A stretch of 64,000 bases of DNA from Bacteroidaceae bacterium (GTDB lineage: Bacteria; Bacteroidota; Bacteroidia; Bacteroidales; Bacteroidaceae): the NCBI GenBank assembly GCA_017940605.1, contig JAGAYF010000060.1:332-64331 (forward strand), written 5' to 3'. Below are positions 52,818 through 62,644 of this stretch, one piece after another. Numbering within the stretch: the stretch's first letter is position 1; each line of letters begins with the position of its first letter. Below the pieces are notes generated by a model. It was not told the origin of the DNA. It did no database searches and saw only the letters and a program-made list of their open reading frames with translations. The position numbers and the translations under genes are program-made.

Positions 52818-55304
52818 ATGAAAAAGATACATAGCCTTCTTCTTGCGACAGCACTGCTGTTCCTCTCGGCCTGCTCGACAACGGAGAACCTGCCCGAGGG
52901 AGAAATCCTGTATACGGGTATCTGGAAGATATCCTACACCGATAAGGAGCAGACCGTCAAGAAGCAAAAACGGGATACGGCAGGAGTCATCGTGGCCGTG
53001 GCCGATGCGGCGGAGCAGGTGGGAAATGTGCTGAAGGGCGACGTGAAATCGTTGTCCGACCTCCTGGAAACACAGGACACCATCGTCAAATCAAAAAAGC
53101 GCAAGGCTGCTGAAAAACAGTTGGACAAGACAGAGGCCCAGGCCCTCCTTACGGCGACCGAGGAGGTCAATGCCGTGCTGGAGTATGCCCCCAACAACTC
53201 CCTCTTTGGCAGTTCCTACTACCGCTTCCCCCTTCCTGTGGGCTTGTGGGCCTATAATAAATATGTAAACAAGGAGGGAGGCCTGAGCAAATGGATGTAC
53301 AAGAGCTTCTCCACCGAACCTGTGCTGCTTTCGTCGGTCAATCCCGATACGCGCGTCAAGGTAGCCACCAACACCCTCCACAATTACGGCTATTTTCAGG
53401 GAAAAGTAAAATACGAGCTGGACATATCGCCCAGGAATGACCGCAAGGCCAAGATCAACTACTATGTACGTCCGGGCCGCGTGTACCGTCTCGATTCCAT
53501 TGCCTATGCAGGATTTTCGGCGGTCCAGGACAGCATCATCCAGGCCAACCGGCGCACCAGCGTGCTCAGGAAAGGCGATGCTTTCAATGTTGTCAAGCTG
53601 ACAGAGGAGCAGACACGGTTGGAGAAACTGCTGAGAAACGAGGGCTACTATTACTACAAGGCAGGCAACTCCACCTACAAGGCCGACACCGTGGCCCGTC
53701 TCTATTATGTGCAACTGCAAATGTCGCCCAAGAACAACCTGCCGCCGCGCCTGCAACGTCGGTTGTACATGGGAGCGACCCACATATCCATGTTCCGCTA
53801 CGACGGGGAACTGCTGGACACGACACGCACGATACGCACCACCCATTTCAACTTCGGGGGCAGGAAGATGCCCCTGCGCCCCATAGCCTGGTTTCGCAAC
53901 ATAGCCCACCGCCACGGCCAGCTGTACAGGCAGGACGATCAGGAAAGGACGCAGGAGCTGCTGTCCTCAATGGGGGTCTTCAGCCAGTACAATGTGAACT
54001 ACATGATGCGCGACACGACTGCCGGCTGCGACACATTGGACCTGTACATCACGGCAACGCTCGACAAGCCCTGGACAACCGACCTGGAAATGAACGTAAC
54101 TGAGAAGAACAGCGACAGGATAGGACCGGGGCTCAGCCTGAGCCTGCAGCGCAAGAACACATTCCGCGACGCAGAACTGCTGAACTGGAAGATATACGGA
54201 AATTATGAATGGCGCACGCACAACGAGCATACGGCATCCAAGACATTCTTCAATTCCTATGAGGTAGGCACGCAGCTCTCGCTGGATTTTCCCCACATCG
54301 TCTTCCCTGGCATAGGCCGCCGCACGTTCCGTTTCCCCACTGCCACGTCATTCTCGGTCAGCGCCGACTGGCTGAACCGCGCCCAGTACTTCAACCTCTT
54401 CTCTATGGGGCTGAAGGTGACCTACTCATGGCACAAGAACGCCACGTCGCGCCATGAGCTGACGCCGTTCTCGCTGACCTATGACAAGCTCATACACAGC
54501 ACCCACGAATTCGACTCTATCATGCAGGCCAACCCTGCACTGTCGGTCAGCATGCGCGACCGATTTGTGCCCGCCATGCAGTACACCTACACGTTCCAGT
54601 CGGCGTCGCACCACCGCAACCCATTGTGGTGGCAGTTCAGCATCAAGGAGGCCGGCAACGTGACATCGGCCATCTATGCCCTGGGCGGCGAGTCGTTCTC
54701 CAAGGAGAACAAGAACCTGTTCCGCAATCCGTTTGCCCAATACGTGAAGGTGACCAGCGAACTGCACAATAACTTCCGCATTACGCGCCAGCGCAAGGTC
54801 GTGACGCGCCTGTCGGCGGGCATCATCTACTCCTACGGCAATTCCAAGGTGGCTCCCTACAGCGACCAGTTCTTTGTGGGCGGTGCCAACAGCATCCGCG
54901 CCTACACCATCCGCACGGTGGGCCCCGGCCGCTACTACACGCCCCGTTCCAAGTACTCCTACCTGGACCAGACGGGCGATTTCAAGCTGGAGGCCAATGC
55001 CGAGTACCGCTTTGCCCTGTTCGGCGGCCTGAATGGTGCGCTTTTCGTCGATGCCGGCAACGTATGGCTCTTGCGCAAGGACGAAAACCGCCCGGGCGGC
55101 CGTTTCTCGCTCAGGCATTTCGCCCGTGACATAGCCCTGGGCACGGGGGCGGGCCTGCGCTACGACATGGACTTCCTCGTGCTGCGGCTTGACCTCGGCG
55201 TGGCCCTGCACGACCCCGCCGACAACCATCGCAGCGGATACTACAATATAGGGAAATTCAAGGACGGCTTGGCTCTGCACTTCGCCATCGGCTATCCCTT
55301 CTGA
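52818..55304 (+). CDS. BamA/TamA-family outer-membrane protein, lipoprotein variant (TamL-like)
   Basis: Lipobox LLFLSAC. POTRA-like N-terminal region. Omp85 C-terminal barrel (..GGANSIRAY.., ..NGALFVDAGNVW.., terminal aromatic residue F). Confidence 0.85.
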   Translation: MKKIHSLLLATALLFLSACSTTENLPEGEILYTGIWKISYTDKEQTVKKQKRDTAGVIVAVADAAEQVGNVLKGDVKSLSDLLETQDTIVKSKKRKAAEKQLDKTEAQALLTATEEVNAVLEYAPNNSLFGSSYYRFPLPVGLWAYNKYVNKEGGLSKWMYKSFSTEPVLLSSVNPDTRVKVATNTLHNYGYFQGKVKYELDISPRNDRKAKINYYVRPGRVYRLDSIAYAGFSAVQDSIIQANRRTSVLRKGDAFNVVKLTEEQTRLEKLLRNEGYYYYKAGNSTYKADTVARLYYVQLQMSPKNNLPPRLQRRLYMGATHISMFRYDGELLDTTRTIRTTHFNFGGRKMPLRPIAWFRNIAHRHGQLYRQDDQERTQELLSSMGVFSQYNVNYMMRDTTAGCDTLDLYITATLDKPWTTDLEMNVTEKNSDRIGPGLSLSLQRKNTFRDAELLNWKIYGNYEWRTHNEHTASKTFFNSYEVGTQLSLDFPHIVFPGIGRRTFRFPTATSFSVSADWLNRAQYFNLFSMGLKVTYSWHKNATSRHELTPFSLTYDKLIHSTHEFDSIMQANPALSVSMRDRFVPAMQYTYTFQSASHHRNPLWWQFSIKEAGNVTSAIYALGGESFSKENKNLFRNPFAQYVKVTSELHNNFRITRQRKVVTRLSAGIIYSYGNSKVAPYSDQFFVGGANSIRAYTIRTVGPGRYYTPRSKYSYLDQTGDFKLEANAEYRFALFGGLNGALFVDAGNVWLLRKDENRPGGRFSLRHFARDIALGTGAGLRYDMDFLVLRLDLGVALHDPADNHRSGYYNIGKFKDGLALHFAIGYPF

Positions 55305-55421
55305 CGCGCCTTGTTCTCGTATGCGCCACCTGCCCTTCAGGACAGGTGGATGGTGTCATGTGTACGCCGGCGTGGGCGGAAAATGTGGGGAAAGGCGCGG
55401 CGCATCCAGCATCTCTGATCT

Positions 55422-55529
55422 GAACAGACCAATGCGGCCTGAAAGTGCTGCCGGCAAGGCGTGAAAGACGGTCGGATGCGGCTTGAAAAACTACACGCAA
55501 GGCGTAAAAATGCCCCGAACAAGGCGCAG
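55422..55529 (+). repeat. Dispersed intergenic repeat, copy 9 (core duplicated)
   Basis: AATGCGGCCTGAAAGTGCTGCCGGCAAGGCGTGAAAGAC, then GGATGCGGCTTGAAAAACTACACGCAAGGCGTAAAAATG, then GAACAAGGCGCAG. Confidence 0.85.
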
Positions 55530-55741
55530 TTGGCCGCACTTTCGCGTCTGCGTCCTTTTGGCAGGGGCTTCCAGGTCTGTGGAATGCTTGCAAATGCAGG
55601 TAAGGATGCGTGAAGATTCAGTCAGGGCTGAAAAGGAATATTTATGCACCGCCGAGGGGCAATTCAGCATGTTTCCCGTCTTTCCTTTTCGCCGTTTGCC
55701 TTTTCCCTGTCAGGCTGTTCGTTGCGGTTTACCGCTGGTGG

Positions 55742-55779
55742 AAAAAAAATAAAAACCTGCGGACTTCCGTCCACAGGTT
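55742..55779 (-). terminator. Rho-independent terminator of the small lipoprotein gene
   Basis: AACCTGCGGAC-ttcc-GTCCACAGGTT. The plus-strand A-run (AAAAAAAATAAAAA) gives a T-run after the hairpin on the minus strand. Confidence 0.7.
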
Positions 55780-55806
55780 TCAATCTCTCAAAGTCTTGTT
55801 AACTGA

Positions 55807-56013
55807 TTACTCAGCAGCAGGAGCTTCTTCTGCAGGAGCAGCTTCCTCAGCGGCAGCAGAGTCAGCTACGGTTGAATCAACAGCAGCAGAATCCTCAGCT
55901 ACGGCTTCGATAGAATCAGTGTCAGCAGCAGGAGCTTCCTGAGCTGCCTTCTGGCCGCAAGATGCAAAAGACATTGCAACAACGGCTGCGAAAACAAATA
56001 CTAACTTCTTCAT
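55807..56013 (-). CDS. Small acidic Ala/Glu/Asp-rich lipoprotein (68 aa)
   Basis: Signal peptide plus lipobox MSFASC, then a low-complexity acidic tail. It has its own terminator and AT-rich flanks. Confidence 0.7.
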   Translation of the reverse strand: MKKLVFVFAAVVAMSFASCGQKAAQEAPAADTDSIEAVAEDSAAVDSTVADSAAAEEAAPAEEAPAAE

Positions 56014-56211
56014 TTTTCTAACTTTTACTAGTTAAACAATCTATTTGCTTATTAAAACCGCTGCAAAATTACAACCTTTTTCAAAAGTGCAATCAAAAAA
56101 TGTATTTTTTTTTCATTATTTTATGTAACTTTTTTCAAAATATTGATTTTCAGTATATGTATTGAACGCTTGTTTGGAACAAAAAATCCAATGGTTTAGG
56201 GAAAAAAGCAG

Positions 56212-56219
56212 TAACTTTG
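56212..56219 (+). promoter_or_regulatory. -7 promoter box (TAACTTTG) for mtaB
   Basis: Exact TAnnTTTG match 21 nt upstream of the ATG at 56240. Confidence 0.6.
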
Positions 56220-56239
56220 CGTCTGAAAACTGCTGATTG

Positions 56240-57601
56240 ATGAAAGAAGCCAATTGCCTGGATGGAAAGTGCGCCGTGTTCGTAACGCTGGGGTGCAAGC
56301 TGAACTTCGCGGAGACATCAGCCCTTTGCGACCGCCTGCAAGCCCAGGGAGTGCGTCGCGCAAGGCCTGGAGAAGCGGCCGACATCTGCATTGTCAACAC
56401 CTGCACCGTGACGGAGACATCCAATCACAAGAGCCGGCAGGCCATTCACCGCGTAGTGCGCGAGAATCCCGGCGCATTGGTGGTTGTCATGGGGTGCTAT
56501 GCGCAGGCATGCGCCGAACAGGTGGCGGCAATCGGCGGAGTGGGGCTGGTCGTGGGCATGGAGCAGAAAGGAAACGTGGTGGAACTGCTCCGTCGCCACT
56601 TTCCGCAGCATGCAGCGCGGCAAGGGGAGGGCGCAACGCCTTCCGGCCACATCTACAGCACCGACAGAAAATCCATAGCCTCGTTTGTCCCGTCCTGCTC
56701 GCGGGGTACGCGCACGCGATACTTTATAAAGATACAGGATGGCTGCGATTATTTTTGCACATACTGCGCAATTCCCATGGCACGCGGCCGAAGCCGCAAC
56801 GGAAGCATAGCAACCGTGGTGGAACAGGCGCGAAAGGCGGCTCAGGAGGGCGCGCGCGAAATCGTAATCACGGGAGTGAACATCGGAGACTTCGGAAAAA
56901 GCACGGGAGAGCGCCTGCTGGATCTCCTGGCCGAGTTAGACCAGATTGCAGGCGTTGCCCGTTACCGCATATCCTCGATAGAACCCAACTTGCTCACACC
57001 GGAAATTCTGGAGTTCTGTGCAAAGAGCCGCGCATTCATGCCCCATTTCCACATTCCGCTGCAAAGCGGCAGCGATGCGGTCCTTCAGCTGATGCACCGC
57101 CGTTACGACACCCGTTTCTTTGCCGAAAAAATCCAATCCGTCCGACAATTCCTTCCCCATGCCTTTATCGGGGTGGACGTCATCGTGGGAATGCGCGGCG
57201 AAACGCCCGAATTGTTCGAACAGACCCATGCATTCGTGCGCGGACTGGACATTTCGCAACTCCATGTCTTTACATACAGCGAGCGGCCCAACACAGCGGC
57301 GTTGCGCATCCCCTATGCGGTGGAGGAAAAGGAGAAACGCCGACGCTCCCAGCTGTTAATGGCACTTTCTGAGGAGAAAAGGAAGTCGTTCTACAGGCTT
57401 CACGTGGGTTCTGTGCGCCCAGTGCTGACCGAACACGGACAAGCGGGACAGCCAGTCAGGGGATTCACCGACAACTACGTACGGGTGGAGCTGCCACGGC
57501 TGCCGTACGGCCATCCGCTTGCGGACAACCAAATCGTGCAGGTGCAGCTGGGCGATTTCAACAAGGACCAAACGGCACTCATCGGTACAATAAAAGAATG
57601 A
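56240..57601 (+). CDS. mtaB: tRNA (t6A37) methylthiotransferase MtaB (MiaB family radical SAM)
   Basis: TLGCKLNFAE..IVNTCTVT N-terminal cluster, radical SAM CDYFCTYCAIP, C-terminal TRAM-like domain. Confidence 0.88.
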   Translation: MKEANCLDGKCAVFVTLGCKLNFAETSALCDRLQAQGVRRARPGEAADICIVNTCTVTETSNHKSRQAIHRVVRENPGALVVVMGCYAQACAEQVAAIGGVGLVVGMEQKGNVVELLRRHFPQHAARQGEGATPSGHIYSTDRKSIASFVPSCSRGTRTRYFIKIQDGCDYFCTYCAIPMARGRSRNGSIATVVEQARKAAQEGAREIVITGVNIGDFGKSTGERLLDLLAELDQIAGVARYRISSIEPNLLTPEILEFCAKSRAFMPHFHIPLQSGSDAVLQLMHRRYDTRFFAEKIQSVRQFLPHAFIGVDVIVGMRGETPELFEQTHAFVRGLDISQLHVFTYSERPNTAALRIPYAVEEKEKRRRSQLLMALSEEKRKSFYRLHVGSVRPVLTEHGQAGQPVRGFTDNYVRVELPRLPYGHPLADNQIVQVQLGDFNKDQTALIGTIKE

Positions 57602-57604
57602 ATC

Positions 57605-58645
57605 ATGTCAGAAAAGAAAATAGCAGTCGTCATTCTCAACTGGAACGGCAGCAACATGTTGCGGCGCTTCCTTCCGTCGGTTGTCAGCCATTCGCCCGAA
57701 GCGCGCATCGTCGTGGCCGACAACGGTTCTGAGGATGATTCCCTTCAGGTGCTGCACAACGAATTTTCCACGGTTGACACGCTTGTCCTGGACCGCAACT
57801 ACGGTTTTGCCGAGGGCTACAACCGTGCATTGGAGCAGGTGAATGAACCCTACAGCCTGTTGCTAAATTCCGATGTCGAGGTTACGCAGGGCTGGCTGCG
57901 CCCTATGCTGGATTTCATGGAGGAGCATCCTGAAGTGGATGCGTGCCAACCCAAAATCCTTGCGGAGCGACAGCGCGAATGCTTTGAATACGCCGGTGCG
58001 GCGGGCGGATTCATGGATGCGTGGGGCTATACGTTTTGCCGTGGTCGCTTGTTCCATCTGGTGGAGCGCGACAACGGACAGTACAATCAACCCATGCCCG
58101 TCTTCTGGGCCACGGGGGCGGCCCTGATGGTGCGCACCGACGCCTTCCGACGCCACGGCGGGTTGGACGGCCGCTTCTTTGCGCACATGGAGGAGATCGA
58201 TTTCTGCTGGCGTCTGCGCAGCCGCGGCCGCGGGCTGTACTGCATTCCCCAAAGCGTGGTCTACCATGTCGGGGGAGCGACGCTGAGCAAGTCCAATCCG
58301 CGCAAGACGTTCCTCAACTTCCGCAACAACCTCCTGATGATATATAAAAATGCCTCGCCCGCGGCATTGCGCAAAATCCTGCTCGTCCGTTTCTTCCTGG
58401 ACTACCTTGCGGCATTCCAGATGTGCCTGCAGGGCCGCCTGTCCGAGGCCAGGGCCGTTGTGCAGGCGCGCAGGGAATTTCGCAGGACGCGCCACCAATT
58501 TGACGGCCAGCGCAGCGAAAACCTGCGGGCGACGGTACTGCACGACATTCCCGAAATGATGCACGGATGCCTGCTGTGGAAATTCTATGTACGCAGGCAA
58601 AAGACATTCTCCGCCCTGCATTGGAATCCCCATCCTGAAAAATAG
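57605..58645 (+). CDS. Glycosyltransferase family 2
   Basis: KIAVVILNWNG..VVADNGSEDDS..LLNSDVEV (DxD-like)..FCWR. Confidence 0.88.
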   Translation: MSEKKIAVVILNWNGSNMLRRFLPSVVSHSPEARIVVADNGSEDDSLQVLHNEFSTVDTLVLDRNYGFAEGYNRALEQVNEPYSLLLNSDVEVTQGWLRPMLDFMEEHPEVDACQPKILAERQRECFEYAGAAGGFMDAWGYTFCRGRLFHLVERDNGQYNQPMPVFWATGAALMVRTDAFRRHGGLDGRFFAHMEEIDFCWRLRSRGRGLYCIPQSVVYHVGGATLSKSNPRKTFLNFRNNLLMIYKNASPAALRKILLVRFFLDYLAAFQMCLQGRLSEARAVVQARREFRRTRHQFDGQRSENLRATVLHDIPEMMHGCLLWKFYVRRQKTFSALHWNPHPEK

Positions 58646-58649
58646 ACAC

Positions 58650-59363
58650 ATGGAACTTTCTCCCGCCCTCTATCTCATACCCTGCACGTTGGGCAATGCG
58701 CCCATTGAGCAGGTCCTGCCGTCATACAACAAGGAGGTCATATTGGGCATACGCCACTTCATCGTTGAGGAGGTGCGCACGGCCCGCCGCTTCCTCAAGG
58801 CCGTTGACAAGGGCATCGACATTGACGAATTGACTTTCTGCCCCATGGGAAAGCATGCCGATGCGGCGTTGTTCCGCCAGTACCTGCGGCCCTTGGCGCA
58901 GGGTGAGCCCGTGGGGGTCATTTCCGAGGCCGGTTGTCCCGCCATTGCCGACCCCGGGGCATTGATAGTGGCCCTGGCTCACCAGCAGGGCTTCCGGGTC
59001 GTGCCCCTGGTAGGGCCGTCGTCCATCCTGCTGGCGTTGATGGCATCGGGATTCAACGGACAGAATTTCTCGTTCCACGGATACCTGCCCATTGACCCTG
59101 CCGGCCGCACGGCCAAGATTAAGAAGATGGAGAGCGCGGCCTACGCCGACCGACAAACCCAGCTGTTCATCGAGACGCCCTATCGAAATGCGCAGATGAT
59201 GCAGGAACTCCTGCGCACCTGCCGATCGCAGACCCGCATTTGCCTTGCGGCAGGAATTACCTGCCCCGAGGAATACATACGCACCCTCACCGTGCAGGAA
59301 TGGCGCAAGGTGACGTTGCCCGACCTGCGCAAGATTCCAGCCATTTTCCTATTGTACATTTGA
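58650..59363 (+). CDS. RsmI-family (tetrapyrrole-methylase fold) SAM-dependent methyltransferase
   Basis: LYLIPCTLGN..; ISEAGCPAIADPG; 237 aa from the ATG at 58650. Confidence 0.8.
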   Translation: MELSPALYLIPCTLGNAPIEQVLPSYNKEVILGIRHFIVEEVRTARRFLKAVDKGIDIDELTFCPMGKHADAALFRQYLRPLAQGEPVGVISEAGCPAIADPGALIVALAHQQGFRVVPLVGPSSILLALMASGFNGQNFSFHGYLPIDPAGRTAKIKKMESAAYADRQTQLFIETPYRNAQMMQELLRTCRSQTRICLAAGITCPEEYIRTLTVQEWRKVTLPDLRKIPAIFLLYI

Positions 59364-59428
59364 TTCCTTGCGGTTCGGACCGCAGCCGATGCCAGTCGGC
59401 ATGTCCCCACGAGGCTCATTCAGAAACG

Positions 59429-59531
59429 CTAAGGCGTGAACGAGCCAGAATGGGGCGTGAAAGCTGTGCCAATGCGGCCAGAAAAAATTCCTGCAAGGCG
59501 TAAAAACAAGGCGAACAAGGCGTAAAAAACC
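59429..59531 (+). repeat. Dispersed intergenic repeat, copy 10
   Basis: CTAAGGCGTGAACG, AATGGGGCGTGAAAGC, AATGCGGCCAGAAAAAATTCCTGCAAGGCGTAAAAAC, AAGGCGAACAAGGCGTAAAAAACC. Confidence 0.85.
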
Positions 59532-59658
59532 GTTTTGACAGGGTCAAACCGTGTCTGGATGCCTTGCGGAAGATGTTTGGGTGGAATGAGTTGTGCCACA
59601 GTGCATGGCCCAAGCGGAAAATGCGCTGCCCGAAAATCGTGAGGGCGGATGCCTTCGT

Positions 59659-60210
59659 CTACTGCTCTATCTGGTCGTAGCGGATGATGGAGTCGTTCTT
59701 CGACGGCGCGTTGCGGGCCAGCGATTCGCTGAGCTTCATCTTGTTGTAGCGGTCGCCCCACTCCGACAGCAGGCAGTAGCCGTTGCCCAGTGGGTCGCGC
59801 ACCTTGATTTGCGGAACGTCCAAGTCGCCGGGCTTGTTGGGCATCCTGATTCCCTGTCCGTCGAAGGGCTCAATCTCGACCGTCGTCGTGCCGCGCCCCA
59901 CAATGCCCAGCTCGCGGGCGGCGGCATAGGAGAGATCTATCATCGTGCCGTGCCCCAGGCGGTCATTGACCTTCACGGTGACTTCCTTGTCGGTCCTTGT
60001 GTCGCGCACGCGCACCATTGTCCCGAAGGGCAGCGTCTTGTGGGCGCAGGTAAAGCTGTCTCGGTGGTAGATTTCGCCGTTGCTCGTGCGCCGGCCATGG
60101 AAACGGTTGTGGTAGTAGGTCGCTTTTCCTACCTGCTTCTGCGCAATGGCGAAGTCCAGGGTGAAAAGCAAGGAGATGGTAAAAATGACTACATGCTTGA
60201 TTTTTATCAT
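59659..60210 (-). CDS. rlpA: Septal ring lytic transglycosylase RlpA-family protein (DPBB domain)
   Basis: Signal peptide. GKATYYHNRFHGRRTSNGEIY..AHKTLPFGTMVRVRD..VTVKVNDR. 183 aa from the ATG at 60210. Confidence 0.85.
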   Translation of the reverse strand: MIKIKHVVIFTISLLFTLDFAIAQKQVGKATYYHNRFHGRRTSNGEIYHRDSFTCAHKTLPFGTMVRVRDTRTDKEVTVKVNDRLGHGTMIDLSYAAARELGIVGRGTTTVEIEPFDGQGIRMPNKPGDLDVPQIKVRDPLGNGYCLLSEWGDRYNKMKLSESLARNAPSKNDSIIRYDQIEQ

Positions 60211-60557
60211 TCTGAATGGTTTCCGGACAGGCGGGCTCAGCGTCACATTGAACCGTTTCCCGAAGAGGCAAAGTCGGGTGCCTGAACGATTTTGACAGGG
60301 CAAAGGACCGAAAAAAAAAGCACATGGCCAACTTTTTCACGTTAAAATCTGCGTATTGCCTCACCGATTTTTGCTGAAAATGACCATTTTAAATTTTTCT
60401 AAACCCCGTGATGATGCATAATGCCGAAGATTTAACTATTTTTTGCATTGGCAAATGAAAAAAGAGGCGCAAAAGGCAGGAAATGTGGAATAAAATCGGC
60501 AATTTTGAAGTCCCGAAGCCAAAAAAACGCTTGGGGGAAACGCCCAGAAGCATACGA

Positions 60558-61574
60558 ATGAAGATTGGTGACATAGACTTAGGCGACCGACCCGTCCTGC
60601 TGGCCCCCATGGAGGACGTGACCGACATAGGATTCCGCACCCTTTGCCGCAGGATGGGGGCGGCCATGGTGTATTCCGAGTTTGTGTCGTGCGATGCGCT
60701 GACGCGTTTTGTCAATCGAACAATGGAAAAACTCAAGGTCAATGACGAAGAGCGCCCCGTGGCCATACAAATCTATGGGAAAGACCCGCAGGCCATGGCC
60801 GAGGCGGCGCGCATCGTGGAGAGCGAGAGCCATCCCGACATCATTGACATCAATTTTGGCTGTCCTGTCAAGAAAGTGGCTGGAAAGGGGGCGGGAGCAG
60901 GCTTGCTGCAGAACATTCCGCTCATGTTGGAGGTGGCGCGGTCGGTGGTCCGTGCGGTGAAAACGCCCGTCACGGCCAAGACGCGTTTGGGTTGGGACAT
61001 GAACCATATTGTCGTGACGGAACTGGCTGAGCAGCTGCAGGACTGCGGCATACAGGCGCTGACCATCCACGGGCGCACGCGTTCACAAATGTATACGGGC
61101 ACGGCCGACTGGTTACCCATAGCGCAGGTGAAAAGCAACCCGCGCATTGGGATTCCCATCATAGGCAACGGCGATATTGACTCGGGCGAGAAGGCGTTGC
61201 AGGCGTTCTTGCAATACGGAACCGATGCCGTCATGGTTGGGCGCGCAACTTTTGGCCGTCCGTGGGTGTTCAAGGAAATCCATGACGCGATCCATCCCGT
61301 CGAGCCCTTGGATACGTCGCGCGTTGTGCCCAGCCGGTACGCTCCCATGACGCCCGATTGGAAACTGGACGTGCTGAAGGAGCAAATTCGCATGAGCGTG
61401 GCCCGCATTGACGAATACAGGGGCATCCTGCACGTGCGCCGCCATCTTGCTGCCACGCCATTGTTCAAAGGCATCCCCAATTTCCGCCAGAAGCGCATAG
61501 AAATCCTGCGCGCGGAAAGGGTGGGGGAATTGTTTGACCTGTTGGAGGAAATCCGTCCCCTGTTGTTGCAATGA
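60558..61574 (+). CDS. dusB: tRNA-dihydrouridine synthase (DusB-like)
   Basis: LLAPMEDVTDIGFR; DINFGCP; HGRTR. ATG at 60558 gives the usual N-terminus (ATG at 60483 also open). Confidence 0.88.
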   Translation: MKIGDIDLGDRPVLLAPMEDVTDIGFRTLCRRMGAAMVYSEFVSCDALTRFVNRTMEKLKVNDEERPVAIQIYGKDPQAMAEAARIVESESHPDIIDINFGCPVKKVAGKGAGAGLLQNIPLMLEVARSVVRAVKTPVTAKTRLGWDMNHIVVTELAEQLQDCGIQALTIHGRTRSQMYTGTADWLPIAQVKSNPRIGIPIIGNGDIDSGEKALQAFLQYGTDAVMVGRATFGRPWVFKEIHDAIHPVEPLDTSRVVPSRYAPMTPDWKLDVLKEQIRMSVARIDEYRGILHVRRHLAATPLFKGIPNFRQKRIEILRAERVGELFDLLEEIRPLLLQ

Positions 61575-62623
61575 GATATCCAGGTATAGTGTTGCTCTTG
61601 GTGGGCTTGGTGCTTTTGCTGGGCTGCTGCGGCGGCGATTTAGGCCGCAGCCATCCTGCCCCGTCCGATTTTGAAATGGAGATAAGCCTGCCCGCGACTC
61701 CGGCAAAGGAGCAGGGAAAATGGCCGGCAGGGTGGATTTACGCCACGTTGGGCATGGTGGAGAGCGACCGCCTTGCGGTGGGGGATTCGCTGCGTCTGTC
61801 GGCATCCTATCTTGTCAGAATGCGCTGCGAAGAGCTTCTGGAAAAAAACTTGGCCGAGGGCGGGAGGAACATCAAGGCGCATGATTTTGCGGCAACCCCG
61901 TTTCACTGCCTGGACCTGCTGGAAAAAAACGGCACATTGGTGCACGCGACGTTCCGACCCCACTTGTACACGTCGTGGGCGGCCTGCCGTTCTGCGCTCA
62001 ACGCCAAAAGTCTGCGTTCCAACGAAGCAAGGATGCGGAATTTCATGGATACGGTGTTTTCCTTCGTGCCCAATGCGGTCGCACTCTATGGAGCGGTCTA
62101 CTCACCCCATGATCTGATGCGATCCGTGCTGCGGGAAAATTCCTACGAGGGCTTCCGGACGGCCTTGTTGCGTTGGGATGCTGACGCAAGGCCCGATTCG
62201 CTTCTGCCCGAGGCCTTGCAGGAGCGCTACAAGGTGATTGCGCCCGACAGTGCCTGTTCCCTCATGCTTTCTACCCTGAGGGCGGGGCATTCGTTGGTGT
62301 GGATGGGCGACACAATAGGGGATGATTTTTCCACGGCGCGGAGAACGGCCGTCGCCCACGGTCCAAAGAAAGCGGCAGGGGCTTCCCGTCCCTCCTTGCC
62401 GCGACCGCTCCCCGTCTCACAAATGCAAGCGCTGCACATAGTGGGGACAGCGAGGCCCAAGGCCCTGTCCCGCGCCATTTGCACCGATGGAAGCAGCCTC
62501 TTCTTCGTGGCGCAGCTGCCGCACAAGGACGCAACGGGCCAGGCAGTGCGGTTTTATCTGTCGGAAAACTATGTAAGGAATCACACGGCCGCGATATATC
62601 GCCTTTCACCGCGTTTCTGGTGA
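61571..62623 (+). CDS. Lipoprotein with degenerate papain-like (C1/PepC-like) peptidase features
   Basis: Lipobox-like LLLGCC. EQGKWPAGWIYATLGMVES aligns by eye with the C1 active-site block QGxCGSCWAFS..E, but has Gly at the catalytic Cys position. Start overlaps the dusB stop (ATGA). Confidence 0.6.
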   Translation: MRYPGIVLLLVGLVLLLGCCGGDLGRSHPAPSDFEMEISLPATPAKEQGKWPAGWIYATLGMVESDRLAVGDSLRLSASYLVRMRCEELLEKNLAEGGRNIKAHDFAATPFHCLDLLEKNGTLVHATFRPHLYTSWAACRSALNAKSLRSNEARMRNFMDTVFSFVPNAVALYGAVYSPHDLMRSVLRENSYEGFRTALLRWDADARPDSLLPEALQERYKVIAPDSACSLMLSTLRAGHSLVWMGDTIGDDFSTARRTAVAHGPKKAAGASRPSLPRPLPVSQMQALHIVGTARPKALSRAICTDGSSLFFVAQLPHKDATGQAVRFYLSENYVRNHTAAIYRLSPRFW

Positions 62624-62644
62624 GCCTGTGCCGTGTCTCTCCGC

